64,000 nt of DNA from the human T2T-CHM13v2.0 reference genome, Homo sapiens. The position numbers and the translations under genes are program-made. The stretch is from assembly GCF_009914755.1 (NCBI RefSeq), contig NC_060947.1; one strand, written 5' to 3'. This document shows positions 47,226-59,700 of the stretch, in pieces. Each line of letters starts with the position of its first letter. The stretch's first letter is position 1. Under the pieces are notes generated by a model, which had not been told where the DNA came from, did not search any database, and worked only from the letters and a program-made list of their open reading frames with translations.

Positions 47226-47819
47226 GCAGCCTTTCTGTCAGAATTATGTATTTCCTCTTTTGGATTCTTGTATCTAATATAAGCATTTGTGAAAACGCTT
47301 ATCTCCCCAAGTTGACCACAAGCCAGGTGAGGGTGTGGTCAATGTCATCTGTCTCTTGCTACCTCTGCACATATTGAACTCTCAAGCAGTGTGTATTGAA
47401 TAAAAGGAGTGTGGTTCAAGTTGGCTAATTGTATGAAAGTTCATCATTTTTTTTGAACACTGAAGGTACTTTTGGAGAAAATCTATAAAATCAGCTAAAG
47501 CCCTACGTCACCATGGGGCTATGGGTGTTATAGAGTGAGGGAAGGAGGGAGGGAGGGAGGGAGAGATTCTGTCAGTGTGTGAACCAGTGAGTGAGCATAT
47601 AAGAAGGATGAGAACAAATAAATGAAGGAGTGAATGAATGTGTGACAGAGTAAGTTAACTAATTTAATGACCAAGCAAATGTGTGATTGTGTGAATAAGC
47701 AAATGAATAAATGAACAGATTATTTCTCCTTGGTATTTGGGGGCCTTACTTAGGTTTTTGCATTGCTTGATCCCTTGGTAGGGGTCTCATGCATCATTTG
47801 GAAGGGTCTCTGCCTCCTC

Positions 47820-48030
47820 AGATTTTAAATTGCAGATTTTAAATTACATATATATTTTGAAAAATTGCCACAAAAGCAGCGCTACTTGAAAACTCGATTA
47901 ATTACTAATGTTCTTTTTATCAAGTGCTAGTTGTTGCTTGTAATCTTTAAAGGTAGCGAAATTAAAAGAATTAAGAAACAATTATGTCCGGAAAAAAAAA
48001 CCCCTATCCAAATCTAATCACCCTCTGATG
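47820..48030. promoter_or_regulatory. candidate conserved non-coding element (homeodomain-rich)
   Basis: GATTAATTACTAATG 47896-47910, TCAAGTG 47920-47926, two further AATTAA, AACAAT 47977-47982, CTAATCA; several CpGs retained in AT-rich DNA. Confidence 0.45.
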
Positions 48031-48899
48031 GAGAGCTTCGTGCTGACATGGCTGGGCTGGAGAGTGGGGAGATGTGGAGGGGGAAAAGTGCCCACGCATC
48101 ACTGAGGCTACTGCAGCTGGCCTAGGGGGAAATAAATCGTGACCTGGCAATGTGATGTGACAGAGGGCAGTTCTTTATGAGGGCTCAGGAAGTAGAGCTG
48201 TGCCCTGCTGGACTACCAGGTAAAATAGAGCTATTGCTTGCAGGAGTGAGGGTTCCTGTGCTTCCCCAAGGAGGTTCCAGGCTACTGAGAAGCTGGGGAT
48301 CCCCCTCCCACACTCTCCTTTCCCTCATCATGTGGGGAAGGAAGAGGTTTGGGTTAGGGCAGTTGAGGAAGAGCAGAAGTCGTAGGGCAAGAGATCACCA
48401 GGAAAACAGCCACTTGCAAGAGTTACAGGCTAAAAGTGGGGCTCTGAACTTCGACCATTTCCCATGCTTCCATGCCAACACAAGGTCAGCACCCGAGAGT
48501 GATAGCTTCTGGGTAGACAAAGGCACCCAAGGCTTAATGTGGGGCTCCTAACTTGGGCCATTTCCCATCCTTTGAGCGCGCCACAGGCATCAGCTAACAA
48601 ATGCACAGGCTGGCCACTGTGGCCCAGGTTTACTGTGGCTGGTCCCCACTGTGAGACAACTGCAAGGGCCTAAGAACCTTTCTTTTGGCCAGATATATCA
48701 AAGAGCTCAGGCTGAACATGAGACTCTGATGATTGCTCCTTAAAATGTGCAAATGGAGCATTTCTGAGTGCAAAGCCTATGGCTGGAAGAGAGGCTATTT
48801 CTTAGGGAGATACCTGTGAGCACTGCAGAAGCTAGTGTCCTACCAAGAGCACAGCCTGGGAAACAAGAGACCTTGTTCTCACATGTACCCTGCTGGGTA

Positions 48900-49130
48900 G
48901 TTTTTTGTGTTGCCTGGTATAAAGCAGTGTCCCATATGTTTCTTCATCAACTTCTGCAAAGAACCCCCTGAGCTGGGGAGTCTCTACCCCTTTTAGAGAT
49001 GGAGAAGGAGGTTCGGTCCAGTACCCAGTCTTGCCCCAAAACCCATGGCTATAGAAAAGTGAAGGCAGGATTTAAAATCAGGCCTTCATTTTCCATACCT
49101 TGCTCTGCTTCTCCCATACCCCATGGTCTA
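48900..49130 (-). mobile_element. MIR SINE
   Basis: ccccttttagagatggagaag...cttgccccaaaacccatggcta...ggcaggatttaaaatcagg. Confidence 0.6.
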
Positions 49131-49199
49131 GGGGAATCCCTAGCTTACTTTCCAGCTCCCACAGTTGCCACTCCTGTTTGTGGTGCTGTGAAAATGACA

Positions 49200-49440
49200 A
49201 GAATCATAATACTGATATAAAGCTTACTACACGTTAAGCCTCATTCTCAGAGTTTTATAGATAGCACAGCATTTGATTTTCACAAAATTCTAGGAAGTTG
49301 ATATGCTGTTATTACCTTCAGTTTAAAGATGAGAAAACTGAGGCGCAGAGCTGTTGCTCACTTTCCCAGGGTCAGAGAGCTAAGAGGTACTGAAGCCAAG
49401 ACTCAAACCTGGCTGCTAAGTCACTGCTCTTAGCACTGCA
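49200..49440 (-). mobile_element. MIR SINE
   Basis: gatgagaaaactgaggcgcagag...cccagggtcagagagctaag...gactcaaacctgg. Confidence 0.8.
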
Positions 49441-49769
49441 TTCCAGGGACAATGGTCCTCTTAGAAGGCTGCCTTGGGTCTCTGCCCTGCAGGGAAAGGG
49501 AGCTCAGGGAACAGGCTCAAGCTCCTGACAGACGAGAAAGATCCTGGGTCAGGTAGGGCCTCCTTGCTATGGGATTTTCTACAACTTTTCACAGAACGCC
49601 TGTTCTGTGGTCCGTGTCACTGTTCGGGCTTCCGGTCTCTTTCCTGCATCATCCTCGCCAGCCCCCATACCATTGGGGCTCTATGGTTAAGGGAGCCCAG
49701 GCACACTCAGCAAGACGTGAGATGTACTAGTCTGGGTACGCGTACGGGCATGTGGACCTGCCGGGCTGC

Positions 49770-49920
49770 CTGCAAAAGGCTTGATTGCATAATGGCATTT
49801 AGAAAATGGCAGTTGTCTTTTCTTCAAAGGCCTTCAGGATGATGAATTGGGGCTTATTGAAATGGCCTTAAATCAAACCTATGCACAACAGCTTGCTCAG
49901 ACTCATGCAGAGTGGATTTC
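49770..49920. promoter_or_regulatory. candidate conserved non-coding element
   Basis: TTGATTGCATAATGG 49781-49795, TAAATCAA 49869-49876; preceded by a CpG-enriched stretch at about 49530-49765. Confidence 0.33.
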
Positions 49921-50244
49921 TAAGGGGCTGATAGTAGCAGCTCCTTAGCACTGGCTGTCTTCTGGGCTTAGGGGCTGTACCGGGAACCAGAGTCACAGGG
50001 AGAGCTTGGAAACAAAACTACCTCACAAGACAGAGAATGTGAAATCCCTGTGTATTTTTGGGGACCCCAAGGCCCTGAGGGGAGGAGGTATTGACCCAAA
50101 GGTACCCAGTAAGTCAGTCAGGAAGCCGTCTTTGGAGCCCTGGGCTAGGGTTCTTCCTCCTGCTTAGGACTCTAGTAATAGCTATGTTCCCATGGGGCCA
50201 CTCTGGGGTCTGCCTCTCCACCTGCAGGCGCTTACTGTCTGGCA

Positions 50245-50337
50245 GCAATCTTGAACTTGCATGACCCTGAAAGTAAATGTATCCTTAAATTTTACACCCT
50301 CAGTGCCTTGCTTGTCTCACCCTAGCCCAGTGCGTTG
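50245..50337. mobile_element. MER91 hAT-Tip100 fragment
   Basis: cttgcatgaccctgaaagtaaatgtatccttaaattttacaccct...ttgcttgtctcaccctagccc. Confidence 0.75.
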
Positions 50338-50979
50338 CTGGAGGCTACCCTGACCTCCTGTTCAGCAAGGAGAATTTTTCTGAGAGGCATTAGTGACCCT
50401 TCCAACCTTTGCAGTGCTTCAGTTTCCTCATCTGCTAAGCAGGAATAATGGAGTCCTTGCCTTCCCTCCATCAGTGAGTGATGGAAGGGGCCTGTGGTGG
50501 GAAAATGGGAGAAAAGTCTTTTACACTGTTGAGTGCTGTGCTGATGCAGTGGCTGTGGCTGTTGTTCTGCTATGTGGCTGAGTGGTGACAGGCTCCCGTC
50601 GAATTTCGATTAGGCCTCCAGGGGCTGGCAGCCATGACACTATAGGAATAACATAAAACAAAAACAAAATAAAACACAACAAAACACAAAAATATCAGAA
50701 ACAATATAATACACATAGAACTCATTGGTGAGATTTGACAACAAAATTCTAATATTTTTAAGGGTGGGAAAACTGCAAGCAGGGAAGGATTATACATAGA
50801 CAGGGACTGTGGAGACAGATGGAGGAAAACATGAAACTGACTGTGTGTGCCTCCTGTACACGTGCGTCTCCTGTACATAGGGACACACACATGGGGGGCA
50901 GAGATGACAAAGCAACTCCGACAAGATTCCTGCGTTTGAGGATCCCCTAGTCCTGGGAACAGATATCCGGTTATGACTG

Positions 50980-52990
50980 CATGAGTGCTCTGGTGAGGCT
51001 GGGACCTCAGATACAAGGAGTGGTGGGAGGAAGACAGGCTGAGGTTGCCTAGGGTCAGGTCCTGCAGTGCCTTGAATGCCAGTCTCAGGAGCTTTAACTT
51101 GATCCTGGGAACACTGAGGAAGAAGCCCCTGGGGGAGTAAAGCACAGGAGAGCTACGGCCAAGCTCCATGTTTTCAGAAGATCCCTTTTCCTGCAGCATG
51201 CTGAGAGGACAGGAGAGTGGCAAAAGTAGAAGTGAGGACACCAGAGAGGAGGCAGTTGCAGAAGTCCAGGTGAGAGATGATTATAACCTGGACTTAAAAA
51301 GTGCCACTAAAACAGATGGTGAGAAGGGATTAAAGCTAAGAGACTGGGGAGAGGTAGAATGTCCTACTCTTAGGGACTGATTGGATAGGTGTGGTAAAGG
51401 AGAGAGAGGTGTCAAAGGTGATTCTCAGGTTTGTTGCTTAGGGAGCATAGTGGACGGGGGCCACTGGGGGTCAAAAAGCCCTGGGAAGAAGATCGAGAGT
51501 TCAGTTTTGGACATTGAGGCATTTTCTGGTACATTTAAGAGAAAATAGCTAGTAGACAATTGGTTATATAGGTCTGAAGCTCAGAGCTGATGTTTTAACC
51601 AGAGATAGAGGTTGAAGTACAGTAGAGAAGGAGGGGCCAACTGAGGAGGCTGATAATAAATACACAGAGAGATATAAAAGAAACCAGACAAGCTTGTGGA
51701 TTCCTCTTCCCAATGTTCCTAAAAGGTCAAGCAAGATGACAGAGAAGTGACCAACGGATTTAGTAATGTGGAGGTCACTGGTAATGTTCAAGTTCAGTGG
51801 AGTGAGTAGTGGAGCCAGTAGTCAGATTGGACTAGATGAGACTATATTGCAATAATCAGGGGTGGAGATAGTGGTGGCTTGGAACGCAGTGGTGGCAGTA
51901 GAGGTGGTGGGTAGTGGTTGAATGCTACATATTGAAGATATTGCTCACAGCATTTGTCAATTTGTAGGCTATTGGAAGTGATTGATCGAAAGAGAGGAAT
52001 CAAGTTTGACTCATAATTTTGAGGGAAGCCAAAGCAAATGAGTAAATGGTGGTGCCCTTTGGGGAGAAACTGAGGGAGGAGCAAACTTAGTGATGGCAGA
52101 AGGTGGCTAATCAAGAATTGTGTTTGTTATATGTGAAGTCTGAGATATCTATCACACACGTGGAGATGACAAGTAGGTATTTTGATACATGAGTCCAATA
52201 TTTAGGGGAGAGATCATGATGGAGAGATAAATCTGGAAGTTATCATTGCCCAAACAATATTGCAAATCAAGTGATCTCCTAGGGAGGGAGTATAGATGAC
52301 ATGGAGAAGGTCAAGGATGGAGCCCTAGGGCACTTTGACATTCGGACAGACATCAAGAAGAAGAAGAAGCTCCAGTAAAAGAGAAGAAGCTACAAATCGG
52401 TTGAAAACTGGGTGAGAGTAATTCTAGGTCTTGCCCAGAGAAGAGAATATTTTAAGAATAAAGGAGTGATTACCATGTCAAATGCTGCTGGAAGGTCTAG
52501 AGTGATGAGGACAGAAGTGATCATAAGCTTCAGGAAGATGTGGGCTTTTGCCGATTGAACCCATTTATGCCTAGTTAAGAACCATTTCAGTGAAATAGTG
52601 GATCAGAAGCTGACAAGAATAGGGAAACAACTTGAAATACAGAAGAGGAGCCAGAAAGGAACACAACTCTTTGTAGGTGTTTGGCTCACTTTGGGGTTAA
52701 GAAAATTGGTAGCTGGAGGAGACAGGATCAAGGTTTGGATCTTTTGAAGATGGTAGATAGAAGCCATGTTTGCATGTGGATGGAGATGATCTAGTAGAGA
52801 GGGAAAGTGGCATGATGCAGATAGAGGAGAAAACCACTATAGTGATGTCCTTGAGTAGGTAAAAAAGCATAGGATCAAGGGCACAATTGGAGCGGCTGCT
52901 CTAAGATCAGAGAAGGGACAGTTCATCCAGAGTGACGGGGGAAGGCAGAGTCTATGACAATGAATGTAGGTAGGTTGATGGATGTGCATG
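50980..52990 (-). mobile_element. tandem long L2 remnants reaching into ORF2
   Basis: gtccaggtgagagatga, gagttcagttttggaca, tgtgaagtctgagat, gtcaaatgctgctggaaggtctag, gagatgatctagtagagaggg. Confidence 0.85.
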
Positions 52991-53439
52991 CAAAGGAAGA
53001 GGAGCAGGACTCAGGAAAAGATTCAGAGTTCAGAGGTGGGGCACACAGGAGTCTCTAGTAGATACCTGGAGGACAGGAAATAAGATAAAGGTCAAGGCTA
53101 CAGACCAACTTGAAGGTCACTGGAGAAACTTCTGTTCACAGAAGGAAAGAGAATGATGCAAAGTTGCGTAGATCTTAAGTGGCAGCACTGGGAGGGGAAC
53201 TTAGGTCTGTCTGATTCCAGGGCCTGTGCTCTTTCTTTTCCAACCTCTACCTCTGGATGGAGGTAGGTTTATGAATTGCAGTGCCCAGCAAGACATTCTT
53301 CCTGCATCATGTTTATAGCTGCTGGTCATTTGACCTTAGTGTAAAGCTGAAATGTGTGTGGTCAGAGGCAGGAGGCTGGCTAGGTGACCTCTGGCCTTTC
53401 CCCTGCCTTACCTCCCTAGCCTGAAAGATCAGAGCTTGA

Positions 53440-53760
53440 TGCATATTTTGCCCTCATAAATTGTTCATAAACTCTGATGGCAAGCTTCAGATTTGTCACT
53501 CCCTAATGTAGCAGTGGCTACAGCCAGCTGACATCAAGCTCTGGGGAGCGATGCAGTAAATCATTTTCCCTTTTGTGCAAGAAGAAAAAGTAGAAAATTA
53601 CATTCTTCTCAGATTTCGCTTTTGAGTGTGCTGGTGCCTCTGTCAAGTGCTCCTTCTTGCAAACAAGAAAACGGTATGACCCCCAGGGAGCAGGCTTTTC
53701 AATAGGAGCTATCTGTGTAATCCCCACACAAAGAGGGAGAATGGTGAGCAGCAATCAGAA
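53440..53760. promoter_or_regulatory. candidate HOX/PBX/MEIS-type enhancer
   Basis: TCATAAA at 53454-53460 and 53465-53471 around ATTGTT; TGATTTAC (rc, 53556-53563); TGACAG (rc, 53640-53645). Confidence 0.42.
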
Positions 53761-53769
53761 CCTGTTGTC

Positions 53770-53920
53770 CCATCAGATCACAAGCTAGAGGTTAAGTTCT
53801 CTATTCTGCAAGTTGGGGACTGAGATTCAGGAAGGTTGGGAATTCACTCAAGTCATCCCATTCACCTGGAAAGAGGAAGAGCTGGGCCTGAAATCTGAGC
53901 TGGAGTTCAGAGTCCTGCAC
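53770..53920 (-). mobile_element. MIR fragment
   Basis: attctgcaagttggggactgagattcag...agagctgggcctgaaatc. Confidence 0.55.
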
Positions 53921-54540
53921 TGGCCCAGTGGTCCATTTGGTCCTGGGTGCAAGTAAGGACTGAGGGCCATCAACCTATGTAGGGCTAAAACCCACCTAAG
54001 TAATGAAAGTGCAAAACAATGGTGCTGCTGAAAATGATGATGATTATAATCTTTTCATTAACTCCTTGGGAAATCAGAGAAGGAAATTATACACGCAGAA
54101 AAGCCTCAGCTGCACTCACACTTTATGCCCTGTGGTCATAGCCAAATCCAGCACCTGGGACCCTCCTGAGGGCCCCAGCATGCCCCAAAGGGGATCCCTG
54201 GCTGCTTCTGGCATCCGTACAGACATTTCTGGCTGCCCCTCCTCAAGGCTGCATTATTTATTCTTGTGTTTGTTATGACAAATACAGCAGCATGGAGGAG
54301 CTGTTGGCTAATTTGAATAGTGCTTCCAGAAGCATCTTCCAAGCCAATTGGTTCATCTCTGGTCAAATAGACATGAGTTGCCAAGGGCAAAGAGCAAGAA
54401 ATTAGCCAGTGACTCAGCACTGAGCTACTCAGGGGTCCCACTAGGGCATGTCCCTTCTCTGGGCCTTGGCATCTCCAACAGAGACAAAGGAGCTGGGCTA
54501 CAGGGCCTCTAAGGCCTCTTTCAAATTTAATTCTCTAAGA

Positions 54541-54572
<32 letters not shown>

Positions 54573-55149
54573 TTTCCGCTTGCTCTCCCTGGCTCGCTCA
54601 CTCTCACGCTCGATCTCATTTTATGTCATTTGCTTTGTCTGCCAAACTCCCTGGGGCTTACTGTAAAAGCATAACTGATTTTGTAATGAACATTCCATGC
54701 TATATCCAACCAGATGTGTGTGCTTGCTTCACAGGGCTCCACTAGGGTGGGGCTGGCTTACTCCAACAAGGCAGAATTGTGACCTTTGTCTGAATTCCTT
54801 TTCAGTCGTGGCCTCTGGAACCAGTTGACAAAGATAGGAGCAACCCCCTTCCATATCCAAGGATGGTCCTGTGAGCATGAGGACCTGTATAGGAGCTGGA
54901 AGATTGTTGGATTTGGACCTGGACTTGGGATTGAACTTCCCCCTACCTGGTCTCCAGAACCGGGGCAGATAACTCAGCAGGCCCACCTTCTCATGAATGC
55001 TCGAGAGAAGGAAGAACAGAGTTATTTTGTGAGCTGGCCATCAAGAGTCAGATAACACTTTCAAGACACATGATGAGTAGGAAACCTGGGACTAGCTCTC
55101 TAATCATCTTGTCCCAAGACCAATGAATTCCCATTGCCCATCAAACAGG

Positions 55150-55590
55150 ACCCCTGTGATCTTGGGAGGAAAAAAATGAATTTCTATTTTCATCAACTTC
55201 TAATTGAAATTTCTAATTTCATTCAATTTTGAATGTAGGCAATGAACCACAGTAGCATTAGTAGTACGTGAGGCTTTGCCACTGAGAGAAATCAGAGGGA
55301 TTTTCATATCACATTATTATTGTAGCTATCTCCAGACAGCCCTTATAGTGGACAGTAGTTTGAAATTATAGTAGTAGTTACAGTCACCACTAGATTTGAT
55401 TTCATGCATTAATACAAAAAATTTATATTAGCATCTCATACAAGTTTTGTTTGATATTTGGATATAATTTGTTTCCTTTATAACCTTGTGTATTTTTATG
55501 CATTTCAAGTATTATTGTCAGAAGGAATCTGTGGGCTTCATCTTTCAGCTAAGGGTCTGTGGCACAGCAAAAGGGTAAGAATACAGCGGC
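55150..55590. mobile_element. non-autonomous hAT-Charlie element (subfamily unassigned)
   Basis: gaatgtaggcaatgaaccacagtag...tttatgcatttcaagtattattgtcagaagg...tgtggcacagcaaaagggtaagaa. Confidence 0.7.
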
Positions 55591-56284
55591 CCGTGAAGCA
55601 CAGGGCTTAGAGCCTGCTGCAGTGGACCCTGCTTCAGGTGCCTACCGTGTCTCTATGTCGGATGACAGTCTGGAAGTCACCATTCATTGTCAACAATCAA
55701 GGCAGCTCACTGTTCCCACAAGGGCTGCTTTGAGGTGTCATTTCGATCTCACCGAAGCTTGTTTGCCCTCACTCTCTGCCCCTCAGTCTGGGCTCTGCTA
55801 AAAGGCTTGCACCTCATGACCTCTCCCCTTCTCTGCCTGTGGGACCTCATCCTCCTCTGCCCTTGGTCATGATTCCCTGGGTTCATTAATACTCTCCTCC
55901 CCTTGCCTCCTTCCCTGGCCTCTGGCAACATTATTGTGTCGCCTCCTCCTTCCTTCCAGGCCCACAGCACGTGCCCTGCCTCTTCCCATAGGACTCTCAG
56001 GGTGTTCAAATGGAGAAAGCAGGATTGGGGTTCCAAGGAAGTGCTAGGTTGTTTTTGCTGCTGCTGCTGATTGAGCTAAGGCAGCAGTAATAATAGCAAG
56101 TGGGAAAATAGAAACACGCTGGCTCTGAGCCAGGACATTCTTACCCACTCCACTGTCTCTGGTCAGACCACATCTCTTTGGAGTCTTGAGTCTCTTAATA
56201 GGCAGTGAATAAGATGTTTCCTATAGGGGATCCATCGCAGATCTACCCAGAGGGCAGGTGCTTGTGGAATGAGGCAGGCGAGAG

Positions 56285-56505
56285 AGTTGAAGTAGAGGCT
56301 ACGCGGTTTGGAATCCTGACTGCCATTTACCAGTCATGTGACCTTGGACAAGTTATTTAACCTCTCTTTGCCTCAGTTCCTTCATCTGTAGGATAAAGAC
56401 AGTAACTCCACACTTCAAAAGATTATTGTGAGGATGAAATGAATTATTTCCTTTAAAGTACCCAGCACAGTGTAGGCACTCAATCAATGACAGTATTATT
56501 GTCAT
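56285..56505 (+). mobile_element. MIR SINE
   Basis: tgtgaccttggacaagttatttaacctctctttgcctcagttccttcatctgta is a near-consensus core. Confidence 0.88.
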
Positions 56506-57049
56506 TGTTAACCAGGTGCATTTGCAGGGAGTGAACAATGTGAGGAATTCTGAGTTGAACGTACTTCCAGATTCCTGGAAGCACAGTTTGATATCTGCTA
56601 CCTCTGCTGCCTCCCAGAGTGCTTGCCTTGAAATCCAGGAGACAGGTGACCTTCCAACCCACTCTGCTGTCTCCGCTGAGACCATGTGTATTTGGAGTTT
56701 ATGAATCCTTAGCAATTCCTCCTTTCCTCCCAGGGTTGTTGTGGGCATTGAATGAGACTTTGCCTGTACAGGGATGAGAGCTCCTGGAAGGGAGGAACCC
56801 TGTTGCAGACTGCCCAGGAAATTCACTTTTGCAAGGGAATTTATTTGTTGAGTTCTAGATTCACCTGGCGCACAGCTGCAACCTAGTCCACTTACCCAGA
56901 GGCACTGAGTCAGAGTTCCACATCATCCTTGCCCCGGCAGCCAGTCATGTGATCACTCTGATTCCCTGTACAGACCACCCCACCCCTGTCAGAGCCAGAC
57001 CTCTGCACTTGGATCTAATCTCCATCTGCCTCCTTACCTTTGCTCTACC

Positions 57050-57460
57050 ATTCCTTGTGCCCTGAACCAGAGCCATTCCCTCCTTCAAGCCCAGTTCTTC
57101 TCATCTTTTAAGGTCCAGTGCCAATCCCACCTCCTCCAGGAAATCTGTGCTGACTGGAGTCATATTATAGATTCTCAGACATCAGTGCTCCACCCACCCA
57201 CAAATTACTCAGCCTTCATTGACTGCCCTTCCCCTGGATTCCTGCAGCACTTAAGGCCTGTGCCAGACAATTTAGCACTTAATTGCAGACTGTCATTGAT
57301 TGTGCCTCAATTTTTCCTTATGCATTATTCTGTAACCCCCAACTCTATCAAAAGCTTTTGTAGAACAGAGAAAAGTAAAGACACCAGCATTTCTTCCTAT
57401 CACTGATTTAGGAATATGACTGTAGAGGCACCTATCGAGTTGAAAACGAAATATTTGTTA
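57050..57460 (+). mobile_element. L2 fragment
   Basis: ctcatctttaaggtccagtgccaatcccacctcctccaggaa...aaatatttgtt. Confidence 0.55.
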
Positions 57461-58039
57461 TGCTATCCCTTAGCCATACTACTCCCTGACATAAGTCTTA
57501 TTTCATAGCTTCTTTCTGCCCCCAAACCTGGCTGAAAACCTCTTCTTGGAGCACAGGAAATGGAAAAGAGCAGTCAGTTCAGCTTGTCAAGGAAGGCTTG
57601 TGTGGCCCTTAGCCATTCCATCTCTAGGAGTCCCCTTATCCCCTGGACTCCGTAGCTGAGACCTGAGTGCTCAAACATCTAAATTATCCACCCAAGGGCC
57701 TGCCCACTCACACTAGGGCTTCTTAATACAAGCGCCAGGGGTGGAGTCAGCTGACCCAGATGCATAGCTGCCATACACAGGAACATGACCGGTCAGGTTG
57801 CCGGTAGAAGGGATAGTTTTATTTGTGTAGGGCTTTCTCCAGTTGGCCTTGGGCAGGCTGTTGTGGTCTGAGGGAATGTCTGTCAAGTGGGCCCTTGATA
57901 TATACACGTTGGGCAAAGACTATCCCCGTGTCACTCATCCATGGTGTTTGCTCTGTGATGACACCTCAGACTGCTTTCCCAAAACCAACTCTGCTGAACC
58001 AGTGATCTGAAGCTGCAAGGAAATGCATGAGCAGTAGCT

Positions 58040-58220
58040 GGCCAGCTGGCCATGAACTTGTTCACACACACTTATTGAATGCTTATTATGTGATGCTGAA
58101 GTCACAAAGAGGAGAAAGAGAGTCCTTATTATCCAGAAACTTATGGTCTTATGGGAAAAGCAATTTATACAGCCAACTAAATGCCATGATGGGGGCGACA
58201 CAGGGATTGTAGGGGTTTAT
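58040..58220 (-). mobile_element. L2 3' terminus
   Basis: ttcacacacacttattgaatgcttattatgtg...ccagaaacttatggtct. Confidence 0.55.
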
Positions 58221-58679
58221 ACAAACAGCCTATCTTCCCAAATCAAAACCAAACTCAGTTCCATACTGACGGTGCTTTCTCCCAGCTACCTGCCCTTGCC
58301 AACCTCCACTGCACTCCTTACTCAACTGCAGGTGCGATGGGAGCTCAAGATGGACAGAAATTCATTTGACACACAATCAGGGAGGCAGTTTCTAGGATGA
58401 CAATAGAGGATAGGAGTTCTGGGGGTCATGATATTGCTAACAGAGTTGCCATCATACTGGCAGTGACACTTAGGCTCCAAAGCAAGAGCTGAGGGAGGCC
58501 CCTGAGACCCTGGTCATAAACTGCCTTGTCCCAGAGAGGCACTTACACTATGGGAGCTATAATTATTAGAGCTTGCCTTTGGATAGTCACTGAAGACATT
58601 ACATTAGGGCAAATATTGATAACCGTGGTCTAGTGGTCTCTCTCTCTCTCTCTCTCTCTCTCAGCTAGCTGAATCCCTT

Positions 58680-59340
58680 AGCAAGCGGACAGCAGAGAAC
58701 CTGAGAGTATAAACAGCGATGTTGTCAGGTGGGTCCAAGCAGCTACCTAGCAAAGAATTGACAGTTGTTGCCAGGTAGAGGACTTCCGGAGCGGAGGAGG
58801 GTGGGGAGGACAGAATTCATGTGCTCAGATTATGGTCTTCCTCTGAGGAGGTTAACTGGTACATTTTATCTAATGAGTGTGTTAAAGCAGTAAAGAGGTC
58901 CATGCAGTCCTTTTTCTGGGGCTTAATGAATGGGGAGAAAATATGGTCCTTTTTGCAGCCATTAGTGCTGCACTATTACCGATTCCAAGAAGAGCTACCT
59001 TAGTGCTCTGGCGGCGGTATGGGCCCAATGTTTTCTTGGATTGGCTTATTGCCTATGAGGATCCACTTGATGCTTTGAGCCTCAATGTCCTCCCCATTAT
59101 CCACCAGCTGCATTATGTTATTTTGTCTGTTCCATGCTTGTACTAATAATGTTTGTACATTTGGGAAGATTTTAAGTAATGGGTGGCCAATGCCATTGCC
59201 AGGCCCCAAATTGCAAAGTACCCTTTAAGTGGAAGGCACTTAGCTTGAACACAAAACATTATTTGAAAGAGAATGAATGATGGCTTTGGTTGCCTTTGGT
59301 TACCTCTATTTAACCTGAGAGTGGGAGTCACAACGTCTGG
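58680..59340. promoter_or_regulatory. candidate conserved non-coding or promoter-like unique block
   Basis: TATAAACA 58708-58715, TGACAG 58759-58764, ETS ACTTCCGG 58782-58789, several TAAT cores, two CCAAT, TTAAGTGG 59225-59232; retained CpGs. Confidence 0.4.
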
Positions 59341-59559
59341 GTTTTGGTATGCAGGAAGCTAGTAGCAAGCCTCATTCTTCTTTACTCTGCCGCGGAGCTC
59401 TGTCTGAAGCTCTGGAGAGCTATTGACTTTAAATGACCCCAGGGGCTGATTTGGCTTACTCTCCCAGTAGAGGCCTGGAAGCATTTCCTGGCATTGTTGC
59501 AGCCCTCAAGTGCACGTGAAACTCATGGTGGCAAGAAGGAAGGAGAGAGAGGTAATTAT

Positions 59560-59700
59560 TTCCATCTTACAGATGAATAATTAGAGGTTCAGGGTTTAAA
59601 TGGCCTGTCCACGGTCACCTTGCCTGCCAGTGATAGAGCTAAAGCTGGCATCAGGGTTTCTGCCTTCAAGCCCAGAACAATTTCCACTACCTAGCTACAC
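59560..59700 (-). mobile_element. MIR fragment
   Basis: tccatcttacagatgaataattagagg...tgtccacggtcac...agtgatagagct. Confidence 0.65.

Noticed and set aside
50570-51241. 223-aa minus-strand ORF
   Set aside because: Runs through L2 remnant and A-rich low-complexity sequence. Not protein-like.
58677-58696. REST/RE1-like sequence ttagcaagcggacagcag
   Set aside because: Only the right half-site matches; the left half and spacing are non-canonical.
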